From Chiloscyllium plagiosum (Eukaryota): a stretch of DNA of 64,000 nucleotides. Positions 26,177-39,284 of this stretch are shown here, piece by piece. Where the stretch lies: positions 8,903,787 to 8,967,786 of the forward strand of contig NC_057749.1 of the NCBI RefSeq assembly GCF_004010195.1, read 5' to 3'. A program made the translations under genes and the position numbers. Position 1 is the stretch's first letter, and the number at the start of each line of letters is the position of its first letter. The notes under the pieces were generated by a model, which searched no databases, had not been told where the DNA came from, and was given only the letters and a program-made list of their open reading frames with translations.

Positions 26177-26695
26177 TGGTTTAAAGAGCTGGTTGAATGT
26201 GGATTAAATAAAGTCTCTGGTTTAGAGTGCCAGTTAATGTGTGGATTTAATAAAGACCTGGTTTGGAGTGTTGGTTATGTGTGGACTTAAAATGGATCCC
26301 ATGTTCGAGTGCTAGTTATGTATAGGTTTATTATAACCTTGGTTTAAAGTGCTGGTTATTAGTGGGTTAAGTAAAGACCGAGGTTCAGAGCGCATGTTAT
26401 ATGTGAGTTTAATATAACCCTGGTTTAAAGTGCTGGTTATATGTGGGTTTAGTATAACCTTGGTTTAGACTGCTAGTTATGGGTGGGTTTAGTATCATCC
26501 TAGTTTAGCGTGCTGGTTATGGGTTGTTTAGTATCATCCTGGTTTAGAGTGCTGGTTGTGTTAGGGTTAGTTTAACCCTGGTTAGAATACTGGTTATGGG
26601 TGGTTTTAGTATAACCCTGGTTGAGAGTGCTGGTTATGGGTGGTTTTAGTATAACCTTGGTTTAGACTGCTGATTATGGATGGGTTTATTGTATG
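26177..26695 (+). repeat. 40-bp minisatellite TGGTTTAGAGTGCTGGTTATGGGTGGGTTTAGTATAACCC, about 13 units
   Basis: Period of 40 seen at 26421/26461/26501. Confidence 0.9.
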
Positions 26696-28193
26696 AATGT
26701 AAGACAGCCATATTGTGGATACAGTGATGGATCCCCTTGTGCAAACAGTTTTATTGCATTCCACAAAATGAGAGAAAGGGCCCTGTGTGGAAATATGATC
26801 CTGCTAATCGCACACAGATTGCGATCTCCATTGTCAGAGGCTGGACCTCCTCCTAAAGCCAAATTGGAATTCACTGCATTTCCAGTTGTTGTGAGCAGGA
26901 CAAGAGGCCTATCCAAGCTTTACACTGAAGGATCAGAGTTTAAAACGCAGACAGTATGAACCAGCACAGAGCAGGGTGTGTCATGTTGACACCTGTTTCG
27001 TGGGGCCTCTATCATCCATTGGCTTTTCTTTTGGAAGCGAACAGAGCAACAGTGTGTCCAAAAATAGTCAGCAGCAACTGCACAGTTTGTGTCCCCGGGA
27101 TTTATGTCTTTTGACCAGCTGAGGAAGACTAATGCTCTCATCCTTGTTTTAAAATCCTTCCGTGACTGCCTTCCACCCCCACCCCCATCTCTCCCAATCC
27201 AGTCCCTCCCTGTCTCTGTAACGTCCTCAAGTCCCATAACACTTCCAGTTCTGGCCTCGTGTGAATCCTTGGTTTCCATAGAATCCTGACAGTGTGGAAT
27301 CAGACCAATTGGCCCAACAGGTCCACGCTGACCCTCCTAAGAGCATCCAACCCAGACCCATCCCCCTACCCCGTACTTCCCATGGCTAACGCACCTAACC
27401 TACACCTCCCTGGACACTATGGGCAATTTAGTATGGCCAAATCACCTAACCTGTACATCTTTGAACTGTGGGAGGAAACCGAAGCATCCGGAGGAAACCC
27501 ACACAGACACGGGGAGAATGTGCAAACTCCACACAGTCAGTCGCCTATGGCTGGAATCGAACCCAAGGCCCTGTGAGACAGCAGTGCTAACCACTGAGCC
27601 ATTCTGCTACCCATCAAGTGCCTGGGCCCTAAGTTGAGGAGTTCCATCATCTGCCTCACCATCCCCCTTTCTATTTCTCTCTCCGTCCTTCTTTAAACAA
27701 TTCTCACAGCTACTTTCTTTAACCATTTTGTTCAATGGTTCTAAGATCTCTGTCGTGACAAATATTGGCTGGCTATATATTTCTACAACATGCCTTGGAA
27801 TCTTTTAATATGTTAAAGGGCGCTATTTGGTCATTAAGAGGAAACATTGCTTCCTGTCTATGCCCCTCATCATTTTATTAACATGTGGTTGGCATGTGAT
27901 TGCCCTCTGGGCATGAAGGGATGAGTAATAAATGCTGACCTGGCCAGTGATGTCCTCATCCACTGAAAGAATGAGAAAAAGAATTCTGATAGTTAATATC
28001 TATCCAAAGTTCAGGAGCGTAGAGAAACACACCTCAAAACTGTGGTAAGCCCTTTTCAGCACTTCAATTTTCCTCCTTCCTGTTATCAAACGTGTCACTT
28101 CCTAACAGAGAGACGGGCCTTTCTGTTCAAAATGGTAAGCGTTGAGGAGACAGAATTCCTGTTGGAAACCCTTCTGCCTCTTGTATCTTGCAG

Positions 28194-28377
28194 GAACGCC
28201 AGTGAACCGGATTCCCATCATGGCGAAGCAGGTGTTGGATTTGTACATGTTGTATAAGCTCGTCACAGAGAAGGGCGGACTGGTGGAAGTTATCAATAAG
28301 AAGATTTGGCGGGAAATCACCAAAGGCCTCAACTTACCTACCTCAATCACCAGTGCAGCCTTTACACTCAGGACCCA
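28194..28377 (+). CDS. ARID3B: ARID3B internal exon, ARID DNA-binding domain (G)TPVNRIPIMAKQVLDLYMLYKLVTEKGGLVEVINKKIWREITKGLNLPTSITSAAFTLRT(Q)
   Basis: Acceptor tcttgcag ends 28193 and donor gtaagt starts 28378; 184 nt, phase 1 to 2. Translation is the ARID3-family ARID core. Confidence 0.96.
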
Positions 28378-28889
28378 GTAAGTAGCAGCCACTGTGTTTG
28401 GCCATAACCACGTCAGGAACGATCACCTCTCAGGGGATTTTCGGCTCCGTGTCAGATGAACTCCCCTCTGTCACCTCCCAACCAAAAGACACAGTCACCA
28501 GCCACATCTACCAAAGGGTGGGAAGGGCATAGATATAAGAAGCGCAGGATTGCATTAGCTCTATGTTCACTTTGTTAAACCTTCATCATCTCGGGTCAAA
28601 GTCTTTAAAATTTCTGCCCCCCTCCTCCTAAAGATATGGAATTCTTGAATGGATTTATGGATTCCAATTGTATCACATGTTCCAGGTTTAATTCTTGACA
28701 TCTCTGTTGATCAGGTATCTGTGTAGAATTTATACAGTATAGTTGTCTGTTACTGTCTCTGATCACCTGAAGTTCTGTTTCTGATGTAGTTTCACCCTCC
28801 TCATGTTTGTGTTCGACACAAAAATGTCTAATAGCATTAAAAAGATAAATGTTAATGTTGCACCTGAACACACAGAGCATTCTTAATAA

Positions 28890-31100
28890 GGTAGATGAAT
28901 TAATGTCGCAAATAGCTGTTACGATATGATTGTGAGTACAGACTCATGGTTACAGTGTGACCAAGAATGGGATTTGAATATTTAAGGATATTCAATATGT
29001 AGGAAGGACAGGCCGAAAGAAAAGGAGATGAGGTGACTGTTTTGGTCAAAGATGTAATCAGCACAGAAGGGATGTTAAGCCAGGATCTCTCGATGTGGAA
29101 TCAGTCTGGGTGATGCTGAGGAACAACATGGGGGTGGAATACATCACTGGGAGTTCTCTCTCGGCCTCCAAAAAGGGATGACATTAAATGGGCAACTAAA
29201 GAAGTGGGTATCATACAGTCATCAATCGTGGTTTTAATATCGATACAGTCTGAGCAAACACATCAGTAAGAATCTTTTGCAGATTAATTCTTGGTGAACA
29301 CACAAGATTTATTTTAAGACAGGTGTATTGAGGAACCAACTCAGGAACAGGCTATCCTAGATTTGATATAGTGCAATGAGAAGGGGTTAATTACTGTTCT
29401 TGTTGTGCAGGGTCATTTAGGGAAGAGTGACCTTAACGTGATAAAATTCGTCATTGGGACGGAATGTGAACTGAGTCAATCTGAAACTAGAATGCTCAAT
29501 TTAATCGAAGGAAGGTGCAAAGTTATGTGGTGTGAGTTGGCTGAGAATTGACGAGCAGACAGAATGTAAGACTAAGCATTAATATTCAAATCCTCTCTGA
29601 CCGCAGGTGCCAAATAACTGGACAACTACTAACATTGTCACATTATTTAAAAAGGGAGGCAGGGATAGACTAGGAAATTACAGGCCAGTTGGTCTAACCT
29701 TGGTGGTGGGGGCACATTATTAGAAAGAATTCTGTGGAACAGAATACATCTACCTTTGGAGAGATATAGATTAATGAGGGATAGTCCACGTGGATTTGTT
29801 AAGGGAGGGTTGTGTTTGACCAGATGTTTTGAGGAGGGAACCAGGAGGGTTATTGAGGATCATTTGATGTGGTCTACAGAGGAACCTCGATTACCCAAAT
29901 GACACGGGTGGGGTGTATTTTGTTTGGTTAATTGAATGCCGGATAACATAGTTAGCCAAGCATCGGGACCTTGTGATCTTGTTCAGATAAACCGAAGTTC
30001 GGATAATTGAATGCCAGATAATTGAATGCCGGATAACATAGTTAGCCAAGCACCGGGACCTTGCGATCTTGTTCAGATAAACTGAAATTCGGATAATCGA
30101 ATGCCAGATAATCGAGGTTCCTCTGTACATGGAGTTAAACATGGCTAAGGTCCCTCACAGCAGACAGGCCAATGGGATCCAAGGTAAAGTGGCATGTTGG
30201 ATCCAAAATTGGCAGGGGAGGGGGTAGAAGCAGAGGGTGATGGTCGAGGGAAGTGTCTGACTGGAAGCCTGTTTCCAGTGGCATTTTGCAGGGCCCCTGC
30301 TATTTATCATGCGCATGATTCCAACTTAAACACAGAGGGAATGATTGAGAAGTTTGTGGATGACTCAAAAGTTGATAGGGAGGTAACTAGTAAGGAGGAT
30401 AACCTGTAAACTACAGGAGGATAACGACAGACTGGTCACCTGGGCAGAGCGCGGCAATTGGAATTCAACCTGGAAAGGTGTGAGGTAGTGCGCTTGGGGA
30501 GGGGTGACAAGGTGAGGGGCGATATTGTGTTAGGTAGGACCCTGATGATCAGAAGGATTCTGGTGTGCGTGTCCACAGTTTCCTAAAGGTAGAGAAGTTG
30601 GTCAAGAAAGCACGCAGGATGGTTGACTTCATTTGCCATGGCACAGAACCGAAGATCGAGGAGGTGAGGCTGGAACTGTATACAACACTGGTTCTACCAC
30701 AACTGGAAGATTGCATGCAGCTCTGGTCGCCACACCTCGGAAGGATGTGATTGCCCTCGAGGGGGTGCAAAGGGGTTTTACTGGGATGCTGCCTGGGCTG
30801 GAGGGTCTGAGCTATGAGGAAAGACTGGGATTATATTCCTTGGAACAGCGAAGGCTGAGACAGGACTTGGTAGAGTGTTTAAAATTATGAGGGGCATAGT
30901 TAGAATGGATAAGAAGGCACTTTCTCCAGTAGTCGAGAGGTCAGTGACCAGAGGGCATAGGTTTAAGGTAAGAGGCCAAGAGGAGAGTCAAGGAGAAGTT
31001 TTTTTACCCAAAGGGAGGTGGCAGTCTGGAACTCACTGCCTCAAAAAGTGATTGGAGTCAGAAACTCTTCTACTATTTCAACAGTATTTCCATATTCACT
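28890..31100 (+). mobile_element. Old CR1 ORF2 remnant(s), endonuclease to RT to tail
   Basis: Fragments such as LFKKGGRDRLGNYRPV, KFVDDSK, LYTTLVLPQLEDCMQLWSP, MLPGLEGLSYEERL; many stops and frameshifts. Confidence 0.8.
29877..30125. mobile_element. Tc1/mariner-pogo (Tigger-like) MITE inserted in a CR1 RT remnant
   Basis: Perfect 17-bp TIRs CAGAGGAACCTCGATTA/TAATCGAGGTTCCTCTG, TA on both sides (29875-29876, 30126-30127), internal 90-bp tandem duplication (29931-30020/30021-30110). Confidence 0.9.
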
Positions 31101-31751
31101 CATAGTGAATGTACTCATACGGTACATACTTTTGACTGACAAGGTGCGCTTTTTTTATCACTGCTGAGAAGCCATTTAAACAATAGCACTCACAGTGTCT
31201 CTTGGACATCCAGCTCGAAGTGAAGAGTAGGGCGAAGAAGAATTGTCAATGGGACGGAATGTGAGAGGACAAGACAATGGCCGCGGGTTTTTCCCCACTT
31301 ACACCCAGACCCGTGTTAGCCTTGCTTTTCTTCAAAGCTGCTTCTTGTGTCTCTCAAGAAACTGTCTGGCTGTGGGAGGGGTCAGTACATTTTCAGCCCA
31401 TCTACTGGGTCGATGGACCAACCAGCCAGACCTCAGCTGTTATTTCCAACCATGTCATGTGGCTGGGGGGGGTTTGAACGTGGGTAAGAGGCGAGGAGAT
31501 GGTGAACAGAGACCAGGAAAAAAAACCTTACTCTTTTCACTCAGAGGGTGGGAGACTGCAGACTCAGAGTGCATGTCCACATTTACAATGGGTTTGGCAG
31601 GGCAAGGAACAGGTAAAGGGGGCAGAAGAGGAAGCGTCAACCAGTGTTTCTGTCTTGCATGTCACATACATCCGATTGAGTCACTGTCCTGAGGTGAGAA
31701 CAGTGCAGTGAAAATCTGTTTTCACCGCTGTATTTAACCCTGAGACTCAAC

Positions 31752-32150
31752 CACGGGGGGATCTCACAGAGACTTATAACATTCTAACGGGACTAGACAG
31801 GATAGATGCAGGGAGGAGGTTCCCGATGGTGAGTGCGTCCAGAACCAGGGGTCACAGTTTGTGGATTCAGGGTGGGCCATTTAGAACCGAGATGAGGAGA
31901 CATTTCTCCACCCAGAAAGCAGTTAGCCTGTGGAATTCATTACCACAGGAAGTAGTTGATGCCAAAACATTGAATGTATTCAAGAGGCATCTAGATATAG
32001 CACATGGGGAGAATGGGATCAGAGGTTATGGGGAGAAAGCAGGATTAAGATATTGAGTTGGACAATCAGCCATGATTGTGATAAATGATAGAGCAGGCTC
32101 AAAGGGCCGAATGGCCTCCTTCTGCTCCTATCTTCTGCATTTCAATGTTT
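31752..32150 (+). mobile_element. CR1 3' end
   Basis: TRGHSLWIQG...RRHFSTQKAVSLWNSLP. Confidence 0.85.
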
Positions 32151-32532
32151 ACAGCCATACCCCAATGAAAACCCCTATTTATGGCACTTGTAATAAAGCC
32201 TTGAGTTGACAAATATTGTTGGCACACTCACTGAGATTTGCTGTTCCTGTGCATTCTCTGTATGCATTCCCCTCTCCAGGTCGGTTTTGTGGTGCCTTGG
32301 GCGTTGAGGGCAAGGCGCCCATTTATTGCCCATCCAGAATTGCCCTGAATGGTAGATGGGGCCACTTTAGATGAACCAACCATATTGGAGGTATTAATAT
32401 TAGCATCCTGCCTCCACTATCTGCGTTAGCAAGCTGTTTGGGAAGGAGAGGGATCATCGCTTCCCAAATGCAGTGTCACAGTCGCCCAGAGTACAGAGAG
32501 CCGTGTAACACACACCCCTTGTCCTCCTGCAG

Positions 32533-32777
32533 ATACATGAAATACCTCTACCCATATGAATGTGAAAAGCAATCACTCAGTTCACCCACAGAGCTCCAGG
32601 CAGCGATTGACAGCAACAGGCGTGAGGGCAGAAGACCCAGCTACAGCTCGGCTCTCTTTGGCTATTCACCATGTTCGGCGACCCCCCTTCTGTCCCCGGC
32701 CAAGGTCCATCTGTCGTCCCTGAATGTTCCCACCTCCAATGGAATCCACCTCTCTCCAGGGCAGCTCATCAAAAAAG
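32533..32777 (+). CDS. ARID3B: ARID3B internal exon, ARID C-terminus/eARID: YMKYLYPYECEKQSLSSPTELQAAIDSNRREGRRPSYSSALFGYSP...QLIKK
   Basis: Acceptor tcctgcag, donor gtaagt at 32778; 245 nt; CA+A restores Gln in frame with the previous exon. RRPSYSSxLFGYSP is ARID3B-like (from recall of the family). Confidence 0.95.
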
Positions 32778-32789
32778 GTAAGTGACGTT

Positions 32790-33345
32790 TCATGAGGAGC
32801 CACGTTGAGGTTGTACAGGGCATTGGTGAGGCATCTTTTTAAGCACCTTGTCCAGTTCTGGTCGCCCTCCTAGAGGAAGGATATTATTAAATTAGAGAGA
32901 CTTACCAGGATGCTGCTGGGAATGGAAGGTTTGACTTATGAAAAAAGGCTCTGGGACGGTTATCACTGGAGTGTAGGAGGTTGGGACATGACCGTATACA
33001 GGTTTATAAAATCATGAAGGGTATCGATGGTAAATGTCTATTGGGGTGAGGGATTTCAAAACTAGGGGCACATTTTTAAGGTGAGAGGAGAGAAATTTTA
33101 AAAAGATGTGTGAGGCAAATTTCTTTTTCACATTGAGGGTGGTTTGCGTGTGTACTGAACTTCCTGAGGAAGTGGTGGATGTGGGTACAATTACAAAGTT
33201 TAAAAGACATTTGCGTAAGTGTATGAATAGGAAAGGTTTGGAGGGCTATGGACCAGGTACGGGCAGGTGGGCCTGGTTTAGTTTGGGATTATGTTCGGCA
33301 CGGACTGGTTGGACCGAGGGGTCGGTTTTTGTACTGTATGACTCT
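32790..33345 (+). mobile_element. CR1 3' fragment directly after the exon donor
   Basis: VQFWSP...; FFTLRVVCV.TELPEEVV. Further fragments at about 34680-35070 (-) and 35270-35585 (+). Confidence 0.8.
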
Positions 33346-33699
33346 GTGAGTCTTCCTGCATTTGCTGCATTGGACACCACATTTGGGAGCCTCCCCTCCC
33401 CCTCCCAATCTCCCTTACCTCCTCCATGCCTACAACCCAAGCTTTTCCAATTCTGGCATCTGACAAGTCTACACAGTTCCCCAATACGCCGTCCCTTAGC
33501 CATAAAACCCACTAAGTCTCTGTTTCTTCACCTCACCCTCCTCCTTTAACCCTCTTCTTAAAACCCTCCAAACATTGCTTCATCTATCTCGAAACGTCCT
33601 CACGTGGCTTCATGTCAAAATCTTGTCAGATTTCACCTCCAGTGATCCACAGTAGAAACAAAGAAAATTTGTAGCAACACAACGATATTAAACGTGCTC

Positions 33700-33902
33700 C
33701 AGGCAGTCCCTGATTTGCAAACATTTGACTTATGAACATTCATACTTACAAACAAGATCTCACATTAATATTAATTTCAAAGATCTGACATGCTTGCACT
33801 TATGAACAGCTATTTTATACAAAATTCTGTTCCAACTTGTGTACAAGTCAACTTGCAAGCATACTCAGTATTAGAATCTGTTTGTAATCTGGGAACTGCC
33901 AG
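33700..33902. mobile_element. Old Tigger-like MITE
   Basis: Degenerate TIRs CAGGCAGTCCCTGATTTGCAAAC / GTTTGTAATCTGGGAACTGCCAG followed by TA; internal ACTTATGAACA repeats. Confidence 0.55.
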
Positions 33903-36199
33903 TATCAACATGTAAGGTGTTGTTATTAGATGGGCAATAGTGAATCTTTACAGAAATAGTTTTATAGAAATGTTTATGTTTCCCCCTGAATTTGGTCATT
34001 TGGGGAGTCAAAGAATGTTTTAGGTCCTCTTTGAGTTGAGTTGACGATTTGGATGGATCACATCTGGTGAACTTGTGAGAGATCACATTACCCTTCAGTG
34101 GTCCCTGTAGCGTGGATCTTTGACTGGGCCTCTATTGATTCGATGAGACAGAATTAGATCCGAAGATGTGCAGGTCAAGTGAATTGGCCATGCTAAATTA
34201 CCCATCGTGTTCAGGGATGTGTACTTTAGGTTCATTAGTCAGGGGTAAATGTAGAGTAATAGGGGAATGGGTTTGAGTGGGATACTCTTCAGAGAGTCAG
34301 TATAAACTTGTTGGGCTGAAGGGTCTGTTTCCACACTGTAGGAATTCTAAGCAAATTCTTCTAAGCAAATCTTTAGCAACCGTGTTATCCTCCAATCCTC
34401 TCTCTGAGTCATGAGGAGAGAGAATCTCCTCCATCTTAGTCCAACTTGGAATTAACAATGATTACAGAAAGATAGAATCTGCATTTACATAACGCCTTTC
34501 ACAATTTCAGATTGTACTTTACAGCTAATGACACATCCTTTAAGATGTAGCGACTGATGCAAGCTAAGGAAAATAGCAATTTAATTACAGCTAGCTCCTC
34601 CACAACCTCTTTTTTTGATCCCAACTGAGGACATGCCATTCTTTGAAATAGGGGCATGGAATTATTTATGTCCACTCGGAGATGCGGAGATGTACAGCAC
34701 GGAAACAGATCCTTTGGTCCAACTCGTCCATGCCGAGCAGATATCTGAAATTAATCTAGTCCCATTTGCCAGCACTTGGCCCATATCCCTCTTAAACCCT
34801 TTTTATTCATATACTCATCCAGATGCTTTTTAAATATTGTAATTGTACCAGCCTCCATCACTTCCTCTGGCAGCTCATTTCATACATGCATCACCCTCTG
34901 AGTGAAAATGTTGCCCCTCAGGTCCCTTTTAAGTTTTTTCCCCTCTCACCTTAAACCTATGCCCTCTAGTTCTGGGCACCCTCTCCCCAGGGAAAAACCT
35001 TGCCTATATCGCCTATCCATGCCCCTCATGTTATTATAAACCTCTATAAAGTCTCCCCTCAGCCTCCTTGAGGACTCAGTTTAACATCTCACCTGAAAGA
35101 TGGTGCCTCTGATATTTAGGCATTCCTTCATTTCAGCACTGAGACATCAACTGGAACTTTGCACTCAGGTCTCTGCCATGGAACCTGATCTCGTAACCTT
35201 AAAATTAAAAGGCAAGTGCCAGACTAGTGCTGGCGAACAGCAATGAAGTTGTTGCTACAAAACCAGGTGAAACTAGGAGAGGAGGGCATGGCCTCAAAAT
35301 TAGGGGGAGTAGATTTAGGACTGAATTGAGAAGGAACTTCTTCACCCAGAGGGTTGTGAATCTGTGGAATTCCCTTGCCCAGTGAAGTAGTCGACGCTAC
35401 TTCAGTAAATCTTTTTAAAGCTAAGGTAGATTTTGTTTTGAACAGTAAAGGAGTTAAGGGTTACGGTGAGAGGGCGGGTAGGTGGAGCTGAGTCCATGAA
35501 AAGATCAGCCATGAGTTTATTGAATGGCGGAGGAAGCAGGAGGGGGCAGATGGCCTACTCCTGCTCCTGTTTCTCATGTTCTTATGTAGGCATGTAGCTA
35601 CTGGCTTGCAGGCTGTTGGAATGTGATCAGTGCTAAAGCTCTCTGGTCCTGTCCTGTCCAGATGCAGCATTGTGACCACTCAATGTCAGTCATTCCAGTC
35701 ATCATTGCCTGCTGTTCCCTTTAGGTGTGCGACTCTACTGATGGTTCATGGAACCTGCTGCCCTCAGCGATCTGCAGGACCTTTATCTCTATCGGAATAA
35801 AATGCATGTTTTTCACAAAAGAGCATGAAGGAATGTATCTTCTGCTGTGGCAATGTTTGGAATGTGTCCATTGACCCTTTGAGGTGAAAGGGCTGGTATA
35901 TTGTTCATCAGTGTCCCTGGAGGTTTGTGGTGTGTCGAGTGTGTGGTGCTGGAAAAGCACAGTAGGTCAGGCAGCAACCGAGGAGTAGGAGAATTGATGT
36001 TTCAGGCATAAGCCTTCATGAGGGCTTCATCGGATGCTGCCTGACCTGCTGTGCTTTTCCAGCACCGTACTCTCAACTCTGATCTCCAGTGTCTGCAGTC
36101 CTCACTTCCACCCAGTTTGTGCTACGGTTTGCACAGGTCTGGCTACATTTTCACGATCAATAAGATCGAGGTGAAATAAGAGCAACAGAGGGTCACGGT

Positions 36200-36770
36200 T
36201 AGTACTGAACCAAACAGACTGCAGCCTTCCAGATAATACAGACTGAACTAATCAGAGCAGAGAGCTCTATACAACAATGAGCCAATCAGACCAATGCACC
36301 CTGGCTAGTATTAAACCAATCCGACTGGAGAATTCCAAATGTTACTGACTCAGTCAAACTAGAGGATTCCAGGTGTATAAAATTAACTAATCAGTTTCTG
36401 GGTGATATTGACTTATACCAGAATAACAGCTCCCAAATAGTAATGAGCCAATAAGACTGAAGGATCCCAAGTGATAATGAGTAACTTGATGGGAAGAACC
36501 CTTAGTCATAATGGCCCAGTGAGATTGGAGAATTCATGTTGATAATGAGCCAATTTGACTGGAGGATTTCAGTTGATAATGAGCCAATCAGACTGGAGGA
36601 TCCTAATGGATAATGAGCCATGAAGATTCCATTTGATATTGAGCCAGTCAGACTGGAGGTTTCTGGGTGATAATGAGCTTATCAGACAGGTGAATTCTAG
36701 GTGATAAGGAACCAATCAGACTCTAGGTGCTTTGAGCCAATCAGACTGGAGAATTGTAGAGGTACTGAGC
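36200..36770 (+). repeat. Degenerate minisatellite with core ATAATGAGCCAATCAGACTGGAG, related to the 39.3-kb array
   Basis: Repeated AGCCAATCAGACTGGAG variants at roughly 35-40-bp period. Confidence 0.85.
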
Positions 36771-37799
36771 TGTATGCCGTATGGTATATGGTAGCAGAGG
36801 GGATATTAGAGGTAGAGTCCACTATTTGCCACAGGTTCCAATCCCACTCCATGGTAGGTTTTCAGCAGACTGCCTGCTGCAGAGACCAGACGGAGTTGGC
36901 CGGGGTCAGAGAGAACAGCTGTGGTGGAGCCTCTTTCTCTGGTTTTCCAATGGATGGGAGAGCTGCTTGAAAATTCTCCAAGAACGCTGAATGCATACTG
37001 CCGCAAACCCCACTTGCTGCTCCCACCCCCACCCCCACCCCACCCCCATGTGGAGTAAACACCCAGCAATCCCAGGAATTACCCTCATGGCCATGAAAAT
37101 CCTGCTGACTTTCCCCCTGACCTCACTGGCTGTTTTGGTTCCTGCTGTGAGCATATTTTTCATACCTGGTCCAATTGGGTTAGGAAAGTGCTTGCAGATC
37201 AATTACAGCTGTACGTTTCTTTGATCTTCCCAATAATCCCCTTAATCCTTCCTTTTACTTCCTATTTATCTTCTGCTCTTTCAGAACCTTTCTTATCTGA
37301 TAAAATGCATTGGTCCACTCCTCCCCGAGACTGAAGTCTGTAACAGAGCAGGAATCATCCATTAAATTTCTTTATGAAAATAGGACAGTGCACAGCAGCA
37401 GGCCGTCCAGCCCATCAAGTCTGCATTGCTTCTTCAGAGCAGTCCACCTTGAAAAATGGCACCTGCTCTTTCTGATTATTCTTGGAGTTTACTTCCTTCG
37501 AGTATCGATCTCAACCCCTTGTCTGAAAGCTACAATGGATTCTACTAGCACCTCTCTGTCATGGCAGCTCAATGTGTGAAATAGTTTTCCCTACGTCACT
37601 TCAACACACCTTAAATCGGTTCCCTCAGCTCAAAGCCATTGATAACAAGGACCCATTCCACTTGAATCATTCATGATTTAAAAATGTTCCATTTAAACGC
37701 TTCCTTGCTTTATCTGCTCAAAGAAAGGTAATTGTAGATGCCCCCTGTATACTGATTTATGCTTATTTGAGAGACTGCCAATGCCTCAGGGAGAATTTA

Positions 37800-39160
37800 G
37801 TCACAAAGTCATAGGCACAGAAACCGACCCTTATGCCCAACCAGTCTGTGACGAACATAATCCCGGAATAAACAAGTCCTTCCTACCTGCCTGCTCCGAG
37901 CCCATATCCTTCCAAACCGTTTTCCTTATGTACTTATCCAAATGTCTTCTAAACATTGTACCCACGTCCGCCACTTAGAGTCATAGAGATGTACAGCATG
38001 GAAACAGACCCTTCGGTCCAACCTGTCCATGCCGACCAGATATCCCAACCCAATCTAGTCCCACCTGCCAGCACCCGGCCCATATCCCTCCAAACCCTTC
38101 CTATTCATATACCCATCAAAATGCCTCTTAAAGTTGCAATTGTACCAGCCTCCACCACTTCCTCTGACAGCTCATTCCATACACGTACCACCCTCTGCGT
38201 GAAAATGTTGCCCCTTAGGTCTCTTTTATATCTTTCCCTTCTCATCCTAAACCTATGCCCTCTAGTTCNNNNNNNNNNNNNNNNNNNNNNNNNNNNNNNN
38301 NNNNNNNNNNNNNNNNNNNNNNNNNNNNNNNNNNNNNNNAACTCCTGTACTCAATACTCTGACCAATAAAGGAAAGCATAACAAATGCCTTCTTCACTAT
38401 CCTATCCACCTGCGACTCCATTTTCAGGGAGCTACGAACCTGCACTCCAAGGTCTCCTTGTTCAGCAACACTCCCTAGGACCTTACCATTAAGTCCTGCT
38501 AAGATTTGCTTTCCCAAAGTGCAGCACCTTGCATTTACCTGAATTAAACTCCATCTGTCACTTCTCAGCCCATTGGCCCATCTGGTCCAGATCCTGTTGT
38601 GATCTGAGGTAAGCCTCTTCACTGTCCACTACACTTCCAATTTTGGTGTCATCTGCAAACTTACTAACTGTACCTCTTATGCTCGCATCCAAATCATTTT
38701 TGTAAATGACAAAAAGTAGAGGACCCAGCACTGATCCTTGTGGCACTCCACTGGTCACAGGCCTCCAGTCTGAAAAACAACCTACCACCACCACCCTCTG
38801 TATTTTACCTTTGAGCCAGTTCTCATTCCACACACAAACTACTCTCTGTGTAAAAGAGTGGCCCCACCTGTTTTTTATAAATCTCTCTCCTCTCACCTTA
38901 AAAATATGCCCCCTAGTCTTGAAATTCCCCATCCTACCACTAATGTGATTAACTCTACCAATAGCCCACATTATTTTATAAGCTTCTATAAGGTCACCTC
39001 TCAACTTGCTATGTTTCAGTGTAAAAGTTCTCTCTCCATCCAGCCTTTCTTTATTACGCAAACCTTCTGTACCTGGTAATGTCCTGGTCAATTTCCTCTG
39101 AACCCTGTCCAGCTTAATAATATCCTTCCTATAAGTGGGTGACCAGAACTGGACACCTTG
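37800..39160 (-). mobile_element. Nested CR1 LINEs (younger copy about 37976-38821 inside an older one)
   Basis: SGVPQGSVLGPLLF...KFADDTK in the inner copy; the older 3' end continues on both sides. Confidence 0.88.
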
Positions 39161-39284
39161 CTAAATGCTGTTTAAATATGTACAGATAGTGGGCATTCAC
39201 TTGGAGAGCAGCTCCCATGCTGTGGATTGGGACAGGCATCAATCTGTACCAACGTCCATGAGAAGAATCTCAAAGCAGGATAAG

